Below, one piece after another: positions 1-11,674 of a stretch of DNA of 64,000 nucleotides. Under the pieces are notes generated by a model that ran no database searches, was not told the origin of the DNA, and worked only from the letters and a program-made list of their open reading frames with translations. The first letter of the stretch is position 1. Each line of letters starts with the position of its first letter. This DNA comes from Hormiphora californensis. Taxonomy: Eukaryota > Animalia > Ctenophora. A program made the position numbers and the translations under genes. Location of the stretch: assembly GCA_020137815.1 (NCBI GenBank), contig CM035356.1, positions 7,440,001 to 7,504,000 on the forward strand. The letters run 5' to 3'.

Positions 1-545
1 TCCCGTAACTCAATGTTTAAGGGTCGTAAATCGCGTCGGGAAAGTTAAAAATGCCAAAAATACGATATTTTTCACCGTAGCCACCCAATGGCACGTATTC
101 GTAAATTTTCAAGTTTGTTTTTATGTATCGAGTTATATATCGTTGAATTTGTCTTGGTCTACTGATCACAAAAACATGTGTATTTTCTGTCTACTATGAG
201 CGGTTCGCTAATTACGCCAATTAGTTAATTAGCTACCCCTTGTCAGCGCCCCTCGCGCGGACGTCGTACGCGCTATAATAGCGCCGCGCCAAGCATGTAA
301 AAGCCGCGCAAAAGCCATGCGCGTGATCAAAATCCGTTCAATTTTTTTTTCATCAAATTTTATTTCGCGTCTTAACTTTTTTTCCCAAACTTTCTCCCAA
401 GTTGCCTTAGTTCAAAATGCTATAAAAGAAAGCTCACCTAAACAGTCAGCTGTTGCTTCTCACCGTGACAGTCAGCCTTTGCTGACAGCAACAATGGACA
501 TTGCTCTATTTGATGATTCAATTGGTTACAGTGAGGTTACAGTGA

Positions 546-861
546 GGTGTGGTGCAGAAGTGTGTGTTGGGCTTTACTTACAGAAGTACAGTCGGTATGG
601 TGTGGTGCAGTGGAGTGTGTTGGGCTTTACTTATAGAAGTACAGTCGGTATGGTATGGTGCAGTGGAGTGTGTTGGGCTTTACTTATAGAAGTACAGTCG
701 GTATGGTGTGGTGCAGTGGAGTGTGTTGGGCTCTACTTACAGAAGTACAGCCAGTATGGTGTAGTGCAGTGGAGTGTGTTGGACTTTACTTACAGAAGTA
801 CAGTCGGTATGGTGTGGTGCAGTGAAGTGTGTTGGGCTTTACTAATAGAAGTACAGCCAGT
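546..861. repeat. 53-bp minisatellite, about 6 copies
   Basis: Unit GCAGTGGAGTGTGTTGGGCTTTACTTA(C/T)AGAAGTACAGTCGGTATGGT(G/A)TGGT recurs at 53-bp spacing (e.g. 607, 660). Confidence 0.95.
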
Positions 862-1340
862 AAGTTGAGATCTAGCGATGTGAGGCGTGAGCTACCGTGA
901 GGCATGCCGTGTATCGTATGGACACAAGTGAGTTTAAGCTAGTATGAATTCTCTCCCGCTCCTTGGTTCTCATACAGGTGAAGCAGAAGGATCCTCACCC
1001 AGGTTGTATAAGAAAGTATCGATTGTTTAAGGGCTAAAGCCCTGGAGCTAAAATATTCATTTCTGGATCTCTAGATCCAAGAGCATATTCTATTAATCTG
1101 CAGTAAGCAGAGACAGTATATTTCATCATCCGATTTAAATATGGTTTAACTAACAAAACTTACCTTCAGAAAATATCTTCTTGAAAAATATCTGGAAATC
1201 CTTGGTATAAAACTAACCGCTTTTGAAACGAGAGTTAGTGAGACGAAGTCCGCACCAAGTGATGCTAGTAGTCAAGACCTACCAGAACTCGTGTTGTTCT
1301 TTAAAATAAGGACAATGAAAAGCGGACAATAAATGTATAT

Positions 1341-4294
1341 TTGTATTTGTATTTGTATTTGTATCAAGATGAGGAGTGCTGTCTATTCTTGCATTACAGT
1401 AAACAGTTCTTTTCTTCTTTCTCCGCGACTGAGCTGCTTGATGTAGCCAATGGCCGAAGCAAACTAACTGTGCCACTTACAGATCCGAGCAACCGAATAT
1501 TGAAATTGTTACTTAAGTTGACTGAGCGTCCTAACTTTAAGCCTGTACAGAAAAAGCCGTATCCGGCCAAGTTCCACCGCTGCATAGGACCCTCAAATAC
1601 TGCACCTTTTCGCGTTGCCTTCGAGAGGGAAGTTTTCTGGAACTTTTTAGCGCTCTGGGCCTTCCCTTTCAAAAAAGGTGCCTGTAATTTTAACAAGATA
1701 TCAAAAGCTGTTAAGAGTTGCTGTGACTCAGATGACACTTTTGATATTTGTAAGTTAAATTTGAATTCGACCACCACTGTGCATGTGACTGATCATGCTA
1801 TTAAAGCATCAAGCTCCCAAACGCCTAGCGAGCCATCTAGTCAAATTCAGACAATTTTGACCATGCAAGAGATCAGCAGAATCCAAGCAGCGCTTGCAAC
1901 ATCGATTTCACCAGCTGATTTCAATAAGGTTGTTGGCAACCTAAAACAAAAGCATGAAACAGAACTAGAAAGTTTTAGGTCTGATAGAGCTATCGCCGAG
2001 AAAGTCCTGATGGACAACCATCAGTTGCAATTGGCATCCGCCAAGCGTGAACATGATGAGAAGTACAACCAGCTCTTAGCTAAATATCAAGGTCTTCGTA
2101 GCGATTATAACAAGCTAAAGGACGAATATGAATTTTTGGCCGAGAAAAATTGTACAAAGGCTGACTGCGAAGGTGAGCTTTCTGACGAAATTAAATTTCC
2201 ATCTGTCCCCACTAGAAGCGATCCGCGAACAATAAACCCTAACATCACAAAATGCATCGGCGTCCTTTATACACTAAACATGTCTCTTCGAAATGTAATT
2301 GGATCTCTATTAGTAGTTGGTAACCTTGTTTTTGGTCAAGAATGGGTCTTACCTAAGGGAGTTGATTGGGGGGGAAAAGCTGGTATCAAAGCTAGTAACA
2401 AAGGTGGGGGACCCTTGTTTGTCCTTCCAACTTTGAAGTATGTAACAGATGTGACACAAACCTTTATTCTTCCGGCTTCTCTTCGCAGTACATTTCAGGA
2501 AATATTGAATGACGATACTGAGCACTGTGTCTTAGGTACTGACCATTTTGACCACTCCCGCAAAAAGTTTCAGGTCAACAATATTGCAACAATAGATTCT
2601 GAGGGTGTCCGCCGTTACAGAAGCTTGGGGGTGGTTAGGATGTCAAGGGTAAATGGCGAAGCAGTAGCTCAAACTTACATTTCCCTGCTAAGAAGTGGGG
2701 CAATACTGTGTTCAGGAGGTCTTGACGGAAAGTTAGACCCTGACATCCTAGCTGATAATCTGTCAAAAATACTTGAAAAATCGAAGTATATGGTGAGCGA
2801 TGGCGCCGACAATATGATTAAGGCCTGTGAAACTTTGAATAGTGTTCGAAAGGAATACAATTCCACCAGTAGTGATGAGATCATGTGGATTCATTGTAAT
2901 GCGCACATTGCTCCAGCGCTAACAACAGCGACGGAACAAGTTCTGATTAAGTACGAAAATATCTTAGAGTATAGGGATTTGGTATACTCCATTTTTTTTC
3001 AACTGTTCACCCCCCAAAGTCGTGCGCGGAATTGTTTTGCGCGTCTATCACATGTTAACGTGTAGCGCGCGCAGCGTAAATTAAAATATCGCACGCGCAC
3101 GAGTTGAGGGTGAACAGTTGAATAAAAATGGACTTTATGCAGAAACTTCAACAAGGGTTTTTTTAGAGAGTCATCAAGTGTCTTCGAGCAGATGGTTTAT
3201 GCGATAGTCAAAAATGTAGGTCCATCTGATAAATGCCAATCTTACTCGGCTAGAGGGATTTATGAAACGTATATGAAGAGTCATGGCCTGAAAGATCATT
3301 TTTATCGTCCGACTATTGCTCGATTTGGTAAAACAACAGAGCTAGCGATGATCGTGATGTATAACTTTGATGTTTTGGTTAAGTTTTTTAGTGAGGAAGT
3401 AGAAATGAGCAATACTTTATTTGCATCTTGTAAGCTATACCTGAACACAGACCTATTTCGAGAATACTGCTTCGCCATGACCTGTATATACAGACACGTC
3501 CTAGGGCCCTTTTTAATATCTTGTGGGGCACTGAAAACTAATAAAGGGCGTGTACTTGACCATAAAGAGCTTATCCAATACTACCCCAAACTACAGAATA
3601 GGCTAAAATTGCTATCGGCCGACCCCTCTGTCCTTCGTAAGTTAGAACCATTTGAAGAGTTTGTGAGTTTTGGCGTCTATAATTTTGGTGATAGGCATGA
3701 GGAGATGTTTCAGAGTATTTTCAGCTCATTTTCAAGCGATCTTATTCGGCTCCAGCAAGTCGACCTTATTCTAAGGCTGGTATGCGAAGCATACCTCGAA
3801 GTTCTTGATAGGCAAGTTTCCGAGTTCTACTTAACTGCCACTAGCACAATTTGTCAGGTACTTGCGGAGAATGAATCTGCTCTGGAAGGTGTTCCAACAA
3901 CTGCCATCTACACCGAACACCAGGTGGCCACTGCCCGTGGAAGTATCAAACATGCTCCCCAGAGATCAATCAATGGCCACTCTGCAAAACAGGTTATTGC
4001 TACGAGTCCTTTTCTTCCAACATTAGTTGATATGAAGCCCGAAGAATTAGTTAGTGCCATTCGAGAGCTAAAAAATCTGAGATCTCCAAAGGCTTCCACA
4101 GATATAATCGAGCGCTCGATAAAAAGAATGCTGCTGGTCATTTAGAATTGCTTGAAGAAGCTAAGGCTAAGAAATTAAAGAAGATCCGATCACGGCAAAA
4201 AATTGGCGAAGATTTAAAACAGTATAGAGGGCCACTTACGTGTCCCAAAATCTTATCCAATCGATATGAAACTTGGTCGTTATGTGAACTTTAA
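1341..4294 (+). pseudogene. Disrupted DDE (RNase H-fold, CxxH-type; hAT/P/MULE-related group) DNA transposase
   Basis: ORFs 1341-3065 and 3192-4145 carry LGTD..., SDGADNM, WIHCNAH (CxxH), ARFG and PTTAIYTE motifs after a coiled-coil. Removing the 2985-3135 insertion plus one TA joins them in frame (YRDLV-CRNFNKGFFRESSSVFEQMVYA). A further frameshift at the A-run 4070-4075 continues as KSEISKGFHRYN...KQYRGPLT. The true 5' start and the superfamily are uncertain. Confidence 0.75.
2985..3135. mobile_element. 151-bp MITE with TA target-site duplication, inserted in the transposase
   Basis: About 25-bp TIRs (TCCATTTTT.TTCAACTGTTCACCC / GGGTGAACAGTTGAATAAAAATGGA); TA at 2983-2984 and 3136-3137; second copy at 4636-5173. 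Confidence 0.9.
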
Positions 4295-4635
4295 TGTCCT
4301 TTGGCCAGGGGTTCCCGGAAAACGGATTGGCAAGATGAGAACTGACCGGAGTCGGGAGTTCTTATAATTCACGAATTTGGAATTTTTCGTCGACTTTTTT
4401 TTGCGACATAAAACGCGAGGAAATTTTCAATGAATTTTAAAATTTTACACTGCGCGCGTAATTTTAGGTTCTGCGCGGCGTAAAAAAGCAGCGCTTTTTT
4501 GGGAAAATTCGCGCGTTACAGTAAATGATTTACCCGCCTCGCCGTTTTTCAAAAACCCAATGTGTATGATAGTAGGAGCGATTAGATCACCACGTGGTTA
4601 AAGTCGCGTGCGACCCCTTTTTGCGCATTGTCATA

Positions 4636-5173
4636 ATGTACATTTTTTTCCAACTGTTCACCCCCCAAAGTCGTGCGCGGAATTGTTTTGCGCGTTTATC
4701 ACATGTTAACGTGTAGCGCGCACAGCGTAAATTAAAATATCGCACGCGCACGAGTTGAGGGGTGAACAGTTGAATAAGGAACCATAATAAAGTTCAAGAG
4801 CCTCCAAGAGCACCCAAGAGCACACCCGATCGAAGAGAGACCACACCTGAGAGCGTACCACATCCAAAAGAGACCACATCCAAGAGCGCACCACCTCCAG
4901 AAGACACCACTTCAAGAGCGCACCACATCAAAGAGAGCTCCCCATCCAGAAGATACCACGCGCAGGGGACACCACGCGCAGAAGAGACCAGCGCGGCGTT
5001 GTATTTGCGCGTGCGGTCTCTTCTGCGCGTGGTGTCCCCTGCGCGCGGTATCTTCTGGATGGGGAGCTCTCTTTGATGTGGTGCGCTCTTGAAGTGGTGT
5101 CTTTTGGAGGTGGTGCGCTCTTGGATGGGGTGCGCTCTTGAACTTTATTATGGTTCCTTATAAAAATGGACTT
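4636..5173. mobile_element. Second copy of the 151-bp MITE, interrupted by a nested hairpin element
   Basis: 4636-4774 plus 5161-5173 match 2985-3135; flanked by TA. Confidence 0.88.
4775..5160. mobile_element. Foldback MITE (about 386 bp) with internal ~21-bp repeats
   Basis: TAAGGAACCATAATAAAGTTCAAGAG...CTCTTGAACTTTATTATGGTTCCTTA termini; internal AAGAGCGCACCAC-type repeats in mirrored orientation. Confidence 0.85.
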
Positions 5174-5463
5174 TAGCTCGGGTACTCTAGTAAATACTAA
5201 CACTGACTATTCAGCTGATCGATCGACGATCATCATCATTAAAAAAATCGATCCCCCAGGGACCAGGAACCCGCCTGTGTGTTTGCTCTGGCCCCAGACG
5301 CCCAAAGAATTGCTGGGCGAGAGGCTCGGCGCTGTCAATGTCCTGGATTAAAGTATGCTAAGACACCAGAGCGGGATAGGACAGTGCTTAATTCTTTTTT
5401 CTGCAGCATGGAGTAAATTTTTTACCGACAAAGCAAAATGCTCTTCTCTTCTCTTTATTTTTA

Positions 5464-5732
5464 AAGTGCGTTTCAAACGACTTGACCTGAGATTCCTGGA
5501 AATTCAGGATTTCCCCTTTGTAAATGAGGCCCCTCGGAAATGTTCAAGTCATGCACAATCAAGTCACGCCCACCAATCACAGCTCAGAACGCGCGGAGTG
5601 CTTCGCGCGTTCTGCGCTGTGATTGGTGGGCGTGACTTGATTGTGCATGACTTGAACATTTCCGAGGGGCCTCATACACGCGCGATGCGCCGAATTCCAA
5701 GAATTACGGGTCAAGTCGCTTGAAACGGACTT
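5464..5732. mobile_element. MITE (AAGTGCGTTTCAAACGACTTGACC termini, TA TSD) carrying a nested 148-bp hairpin
   Basis: Imperfect TIRs, TA flanks, and a sister copy at 6908-7113 that lacks the nested insert. Confidence 0.88.
5526..5673. mobile_element. 148-bp near-perfect hairpin MITE with AT TSD
   Basis: GAGGCCCCTCGGAAATGTTCAAGTCATGC... inverted arms of about 58 bp; the empty site GTAAATACACG is visible in the 6908-7113 copy. Confidence 0.88.
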
Positions 5733-6137
5733 TATGCAAGGCACGAGTCGAGCGACGCGGCAGCACACAATCTATAAAACTTCTGCGCGCTACGTTAAAT
5801 ATGTCGCATTCTTGGCCGAATTTTTGGACACGTAACCGCCGCGCAACGGGAAAATCGAAATTTCTTCACGTTTCGGCCGGTCAAGAGGGAGGCCAGCGTT
5901 AAAATCTGGGTGTTTTGGGAGTGCTGACAAACGGTTTTTTAGGGTTAGGGCTAAAGTAGGGTTAGGGTTAGGGTTTGGGTTGGGGTTAGGCCTTGACATT
6001 CCCTACCAGATAAACTTTGAATCAGCCAAAACGGTTGAGTGGTTTGGCGGTTAGAGCCATTTTAGTGAATCAACTTTTTTGGCAGCGCGCACCTGTAAAC
6101 AGGCCTCCAAACACCCAGATCGTAACGGCGCCCCAAG

Positions 6138-6700
6138 AGGGATCCCTAAAAAAGTTCAGTATTTACACAGCCTTTAAAGTCGGATTTTTTGAAACTGTCA
6201 CCCCCCTGGGTGGTGCGCGAGTTTTTATTTGCGCGTCGGAAACGTGTCAGAGACTTGTTTTGGCTCTCACGCCTTTGTTTCTTGACCAATTTCGTCAAAC
6301 CAAAGTTTTACGGACTCACAAAATTATGCTCTTTCCGATGATATGCGGCTTTTTGCCGAAAAGTGAGAGGAAGTGGGGGCTGTCACGCGCAAATACGACG
6401 CTGCGCGTGAAAAGGGGGGTGACAGTTTCAAAAAATCCGACTTTACACAGTCTTTACACAGTCGTTACACCCAGAGCGCCCGCGCCGCTCTGGGTGTAAA
6501 GACTGCGTCTTTCGCACTCGATTTGCAGCGTTTTCGGAAACTTTTTTCGCCGCAGCGCTCAATTTACTCAATTGTACAGCACACAATCCAATATTTTCTT
6601 AGAAAAAGCCGCAAAACGCAGCACGCGCCGCTCTGGGTGTAACGACTGTGTAAAGACTGTGTAAACGCTGTGTAAATACTGAACTTTTTTAGGGATCCCT
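6138..6700. mobile_element. MITE with AGGGATCCCTAAAAAAGTTCAGTATTTACACAGC TIRs (copy 1), containing nested MITE 6177-6443
   Basis: TIRs of about 34 bp; flanked by AG/AG. Confidence 0.85.
6177..6443. mobile_element. 267-bp MITE with AAGTCGGATTTTTTGAAACTGTCACCCCCC TIRs and TA TSD
   Basis: 30-bp TIRs; TA at 6175-6176 and 6444-6445. Confidence 0.88.
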
Positions 6701-6738
6701 AGGAAAACGTTAAAATTGCTTGAAAAGCGCTGCCTTAT

Positions 6739-7141
6739 AGGGATCCCTAAAAAAAGTTCAGTATTTACACAGCCTTTACACCAGAGCGCTGTGATTGGCT
6801 GAAATTTCTGACGATGAAAAATTTAAGCCAATCACAGTGCAGATTTCAAATTTTTTCTTCCCACGTGGGAAAAACTGTAATGGCTTAACTGGTGTAAACG
6901 CTGTGTAAAGTGCGTTTCAAACGACTTGACCTGAGATTCCTGGAAATTCAGGATTTCCCCTTTGTAAATACACGCGCAATGCACCAAATTCCAAGAATTA
7001 CGGGTCAAGTCGTTGGTGACGCAGTCACCCCTACACTAGGGCCGCGCGAAGCGCGGCAAACGAAGCCGGCGAAGGGGATCTCATCACCAAGTCAAGTCGC
7101 TTGAAACGGACTTTAAATACTGAACTTTTTTAGGGATCCCT
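6739..7141. mobile_element. AGGGATCCCT-type MITE (copy 2) containing nested elements 6908-7113 and 7013-7090
   Basis: Same TIRs as 6138-6700; flanked by AT/AT; right TIR split at TA by 6908-7113. Confidence 0.85.
7013..7090. mobile_element. 78-bp insertion with 7-bp TIR and 9-bp TSD (Mutator-like MITE)
   Basis: TTGGTGA...TCACCAA flanked by GTCAAGTCG at 7004-7012 and 7091-7099; empty site present in 5464-5732. Confidence 0.85.
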
Positions 7142-7379
7142 ATCCCGCGCTGCACGTGGCGCAGAACAACCAGCAACGTTTGCCAATAAAATTGCTAACA
7201 ATTCATCGATTTTGGCGGTCGAGACGGGTTAGGGCTGTTGTTAGGGTCGGGTTAGGGTTTTGTTTGGGGTAATCGGTTAGGGCTATCGATTCTCTATCAG
7301 ATACCGTTTAGTTTACTCAAATCGGCCATGTGGTTGCGTGGCTATAGCCGTTTGAAAAAAGTCGGTCTAAACGGTAACT

Positions 7380-7690
7380 CTGAATAATGAGTTCAGAGCG
7401 AGAATTAAATAGGGAAGAAAATCGAAAAATAGGGTTTGGTAGCTTAGTGGTTTATAGCTCCGAGCATGTCTCTCTGGAGGTCCCTGGTTTAATTCCCGGT
7501 CAAACCCAGTATTTTTCGATTTTCTTCCCTATTTAATTCTCGCTCTGAACTCATTATTCAGAATATGTACTAATAATCTCTCCTTAACCGAGTTCTGCCC
7601 GTGTATGTGTGAGATTCCCCATTAAACAGTTGTACAGAGGGCGTGTGTGTGTGTTGATCACCAGAAGGAGATATCAAAATTACTTCCCTT
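7380..7690 (+). mobile_element. tRNA-derived SINE-like insertion with a pseudo-tRNA bracketed by 52-bp inverted repeats
   Basis: 12-bp direct repeat TAAACGGTAACT at 7368-7379 and 7691-7702; IR 7380-7431 / 7510-7561; tRNA-like core 7432-7508 with A-box TAGCTTAGTGG, B-box-like GGTTTAATTCC and GGGTTTG/CAAACCC stem. Confidence 0.7.
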
Positions 7691-7869
7691 TAAACGGTAA
7701 CTGATAGAGAATCGATAGCCCTATTCGATAACCCCAAACCAAACCCTAACCAGACCCTAACGGATATCCCTAACCCGTAAAAACAATGTAACGAATTAAT
7801 TTATTTTAACCTTTATGTACTGATTACACTTATTGTTATATTCCGTATTAATGGGCCCGGTCAACCCTG

Positions 7870-8437
7870 TTTTTCACATCCAGATCTCTGACATCCAGGA
7901 CGGTGAAGCGATCCAGCGGAAGTTTACAAAACTGAAAACGGATCAAGGGAATGACTGAATTTAACTACTGGGGGCGTTTGAAAAACTGAAAATTACTTCC
8001 TTTCACCGCCGCCGAGAACGTTACAGCATCATAATGATGTGGAAGATGGCAAACGGCAATGTACCCAACAACATCGGCATCCGCTTTTATAACAACAAGT
8101 AACAACCGTCTCGGGAAAAAAGTGGAGGTCCCAACATGTCCCACAAGCACACAGAAGTCAGTCGCGACGAAGTACCACAACTCGTTCATCTGTAGAGCGA
8201 CTCGACTATGGAACACACTACCAGGGAAGTGAACTAAGCGGAAGACCTACCGTCGTTCAAGGTACTACTAGGGGAATGGATGAAGAGATTTTCGGATCGC
8301 CCACCGGTTCTCGGATACCCAAAAGAAAACAACAATTCAATCTTGGACTGGCTACGGATAGTTTCCAGGGAGGGGAGGCTCTGTGAGGAACTGACACCTG
8401 TGTAGTTTGTACACGAAGAAGATTACAAGATTACAAG
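7870..8437 (+). mobile_element. Degenerate 3' fragment of a CR1-like LINE
   Basis: Frameshifted translation (DIQ..EAIQRKFT..., NYWGRL, RRRERY..MMWKM.NG, ENNNSILDWL) parallels the C-terminus of the RT at 37412-39967; ends in a (GATTACAA) tandem tail. Confidence 0.8.
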
Positions 8438-8439
8438 CT

Positions 8440-10060
8440 AGCTTCGTTTAAAATACGTTCAAGACTTTTGTATGATCGAGGGCTAATTTATTAACAATTT
8501 AACTTATTCTTTTTTAGTGTGTTTTTTAAAAAGTTGTGTTTTGAAGTTGCTCCGGTTGTTGTGAGCAAAATTTTCTTAAGTTCATTATATGGACAAAATA
8601 TGGCAAAATATGGTCTTTTTTTTTTAACTTGTGCAACTACCAAATTTTTTCAAATGATCATAGCAAAATAGCTGTGGCCACTGGAAATTTACTCAGCACC
8701 TCAAAAAATCGAGAAATATTAAAAGTTCAATTTAGTGAAAGAACGAAGTCTCTAGCTTACTCCAGTGAGGTGCTATAGCATTTCTACGCCGTGAGGTGCT
8801 ATCGTGAGGTGCCCCCGATTTGTAGAAATACCGTTTGATCAAAAATCTCCCAACTTTCAGAAATGGTGGGGATATTTCTCACTCATCAGATGAGGTGAAA
8901 ACCATGGAAAAATTTACTCATTTGGTGAGGTGCAAGCCGATTTTAGAGCTAAAAGTTTACTCACTAGGGGTCAAATGAGTAAATAAAGAATTGAAACTTG
9001 GCATAAAGCAAGATTAGACAATTTCCCTCCTGATTTACCGAAAATTTGCTCTAAAAATTACTCAGCGAGTGAGGTGCAGACCCTCAAAAAATGACATATT
9101 TTACCTACTTCTCCAGTGCACCTCACAGGTTGAGCAATGACCTTGGAATCGATTAGGTAGTGTTTGGGGATGTCATATGAGCAAATTAAGGCCACTTTTA
9201 GAACTATATACTCACTGAGTGAGGTGCAATTAGCGTTTAAAGAAAATACAGTTTTTTGGGTGCACCTCACTCATTGAGCAAAATTTTTTGAACTTTTTTG
9301 GTACAAATGATGGTTTTGAGTCTACTGCAAGTATCTAGCTAGGAAAAGTCGTGAAACGTGAGGTGCTACGGGCTTAAAAGTAGCTGTAAGTATACAGTGT
9401 AACTTTAAACACCGGTTGCACCTCATAGATTGAGTAAGTTTGCTTACATATTTTAAAGGTGTTTATATTGGACATTTTTCAGCATATTTTCGAAAATTTT
9501 AGGAAAAAATATTAAAATTTGACGGAATGGCACACGCTTTTGCAAACATGGTCACCGGCACCTCACGAGATGAGTTTTTAATTTACCTCGACCAAAACGC
9601 GGAGTTTTTACGTCAGCCGACCCGAAACCGGATTAAATTTTGCCACCCGCTGGTCTCAGGGCCTCCAAATATGTCAAAATATGTCTGAATTGTCATTTGG
9701 GGTCATTTAGACCTTTTAATTACATGTAATTACCCTTTAATACATGTAATTACCCTTTAATTACATGTAATTACCCTTTAATTACATGTAATTACTTCCA
9801 ATTACATTCCAATTACTTCAGCACCTCGAGAGCTTTCGAACGCACCCTAGAACACCTTTCTACTCCTTCTAATTGCCGAGTTCTGTATACCCCTTATTTT
9901 GACTGTTTTTCGCGTCCTACCCCTTATAGGTTTGGGTATGGCCATCGCCACACCCCCTATACGTCGCGGGACCTCGAGACCTTTCCAACGAGCCATAGAA
10001 CACCTCTCTACTACTTCAGGGGGCTTCAAAACTTTCACTCTAAAAATATCTATGGTTTTA
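8440..10060. repeat. Probable non-autonomous DNA-transposon remnant with dispersed GAGGTGC/GCACCTC motifs and a 21-22 bp tandem (TAATTACATGTAATTACCCTT) at about 9716-9800
   Basis: More than 10 copies of the motif in both orientations; no ORF; termini not identified. Confidence 0.45.
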
Positions 10061-10085
10061 TGGTTTTATGGTTTTATGGTTTATG

Positions 10086-10445
10086 CCCAGTGGCTTTTTA
10101 GAAAAATCTCGCTGCGAATCGCATGTCACAGAACCTGATTAGATCCCATTCCGCTGTCGCTGCTGCTGTGGCAGCAGTCGTTCTGCTCTCGTTCTTCTCC
10201 CATTCCGCTGTAATTCCGCTGGCGCGGCGGGAATAACTGCTAACAATTGGGATCTCTAATCGAAATCCGCGCCCGTTTCTAGCAATTGTGGCTCTCTAAA
10301 CATGTAACGATCACATAAGAGCACTAATGAGGTGTGAGAGCAGCATTAGCAAGCAAAACAGGGATTTTTCTCTCTATTTTTCTGCTGTCAGTCAAATTTC
10401 TCGCTGCGAATGGGATTCGCCCATTCGCTATAAAAAGCCACTGGG
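10086..10445. mobile_element. 360-bp MITE with CCCAGTGGCTTTTTA TIRs inserted in a (TTTATGG)n tract
   Basis: 15-bp TIR; the microsatellite continues on both sides. Confidence 0.75.
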
Positions 10446-10935
10446 GGTTTATGGTTTATGGTTTATGGTTTTTTTTCATCTGGTATTAAGGGCCTGTCGG
10501 CTCGGCCCCGTTGTTTTAGTTTTAGGGGGGATGTTTTAGGGGGGATGGATTGAGTTTGGGTTATATTCGGGTCGGGGGGCCTTGCCAGGCCCCGAATTTT
10601 GCCTGTAAATCTATTCCCTATACACTTTTACACATAATATTCGTTGGAAAATAATATTTTTTGACAAAAACTATGATAAAAGTCGAAAAAACTGAACTTA
10701 TGTCGTTTTCGGAAAATTTTTGCACAAGTTAAAAAAAAAAATGACCATATGGACAATGTAACCCACTTGAGAAAGTGATAGTTTAGAGAATGCGCTGTGC
10801 ATTGGCACCATTTTTCTACCATTTATTCACTAGTGAGTCTATTAAATGCATAAATTACATTACATTTTAATATTTTGAGACTTGACAAGGAGGACCCACT
10901 CGCTGGGAAATCCGCATGCGTTTAGATTGTGTAAA

Positions 10936-11039
10936 ATTTGATTTGATTTGATTTGATTTGATTTGATTTGATTTGATTTGATTTGATTTGATTTGATTTG
11001 ATTTGATTTGATTTGATTTGATTTGATTTGATTTGATTT
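10936..11039. repeat. (ATTTG)n pentanucleotide microsatellite, about 21 copies
   Basis: Perfect tandem run. Confidence 0.95.
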
Positions 11040-11547
11040 ACTTCTGGAATCTGGGGTCACCCCAGTGGGGTGTCGAGGCCCGAGGCTGAGAGGTCCCTGG
11101 ATCATTCAACCGGTACTGGATCCAAAAATAAAGTTACAGCTTGGTATGGAACAATTATTTTCATCCAATAGGAAGTAAAATGCCATGTCCCTTAAACGGA
11201 GTGGCAGCAGACCAGCTGCTTAGAGAACTGAGAAGATCCGTTAGGAAGATGCCGCAATGTCAAAACAATCTTCACTATTCACTTGCCCACCCAGTCAATG
11301 TCAATACAATTGTCACTACTCGCTAGCCCACTGCCCTCAGCCCTAGCCACCCACAGGATCACCCACCGCCCTCACTAGCGATGCTTACGTTTGGAAAATT
11401 TCAAATAGAGCCTAGAGGGTATCGGTGTTCGAGAGGGTATCGATGGAGAGGGCGGGTATCTGCACTAAGGACATTGTTCCTTGATCAGAGATGTCCAGTA
11501 TACCTCCGCCCCTATATGTATAATTAAATTTGTTTTCTCTTCCACAG

Positions 11548-11674
11548 AAAGCACGGACAGATAGTAGACCTACTTAAGAAAAAGTCTAGTCTCGCTGCCT
11601 CTCACCCCAAGAAAATTAAAAGTTGTATGAACAATGCAATGCAATGTTATTGGTTAGAGACGGTACATATTTGA
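11548..11674 (+). CDS. Possible terminal exon of an upstream gene (ankyrin-end-like KHGQIVDLLKKK...)
   Basis: Strong acceptor TTTTCTCTTCCACAG, open frame to TGA, AATAAA at about 11688. Upstream exons are not identified. Confidence 0.3.

Noticed and set aside
317-868. 183-aa ORF
   Set aside because: The C-terminal half is just the translated 53-bp minisatellite; no recognisable domain.
2982-3142. GT...AG-bounded segment as an intron that could splice out the MITE
   Set aside because: Splicing removes 8 extra coding nt and gives TTG AAA CTT CAA CAA GGG TTT TTT TAG, a frameshift and stop.
5938-5990. TTAGGG-like repeats as telomere or interstitial telomere (also about 7225-7285 and 7735-7775)
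   Set aside because: Short, degenerate and embedded in interspersed or inverted repeat elements.
7432-7508. Functional tRNA gene
   Set aside because: Mismatches in the anticodon and T stems, no U33 or purine 37, T-loop TTTAATT, and it lies within a TSD-bounded insert.
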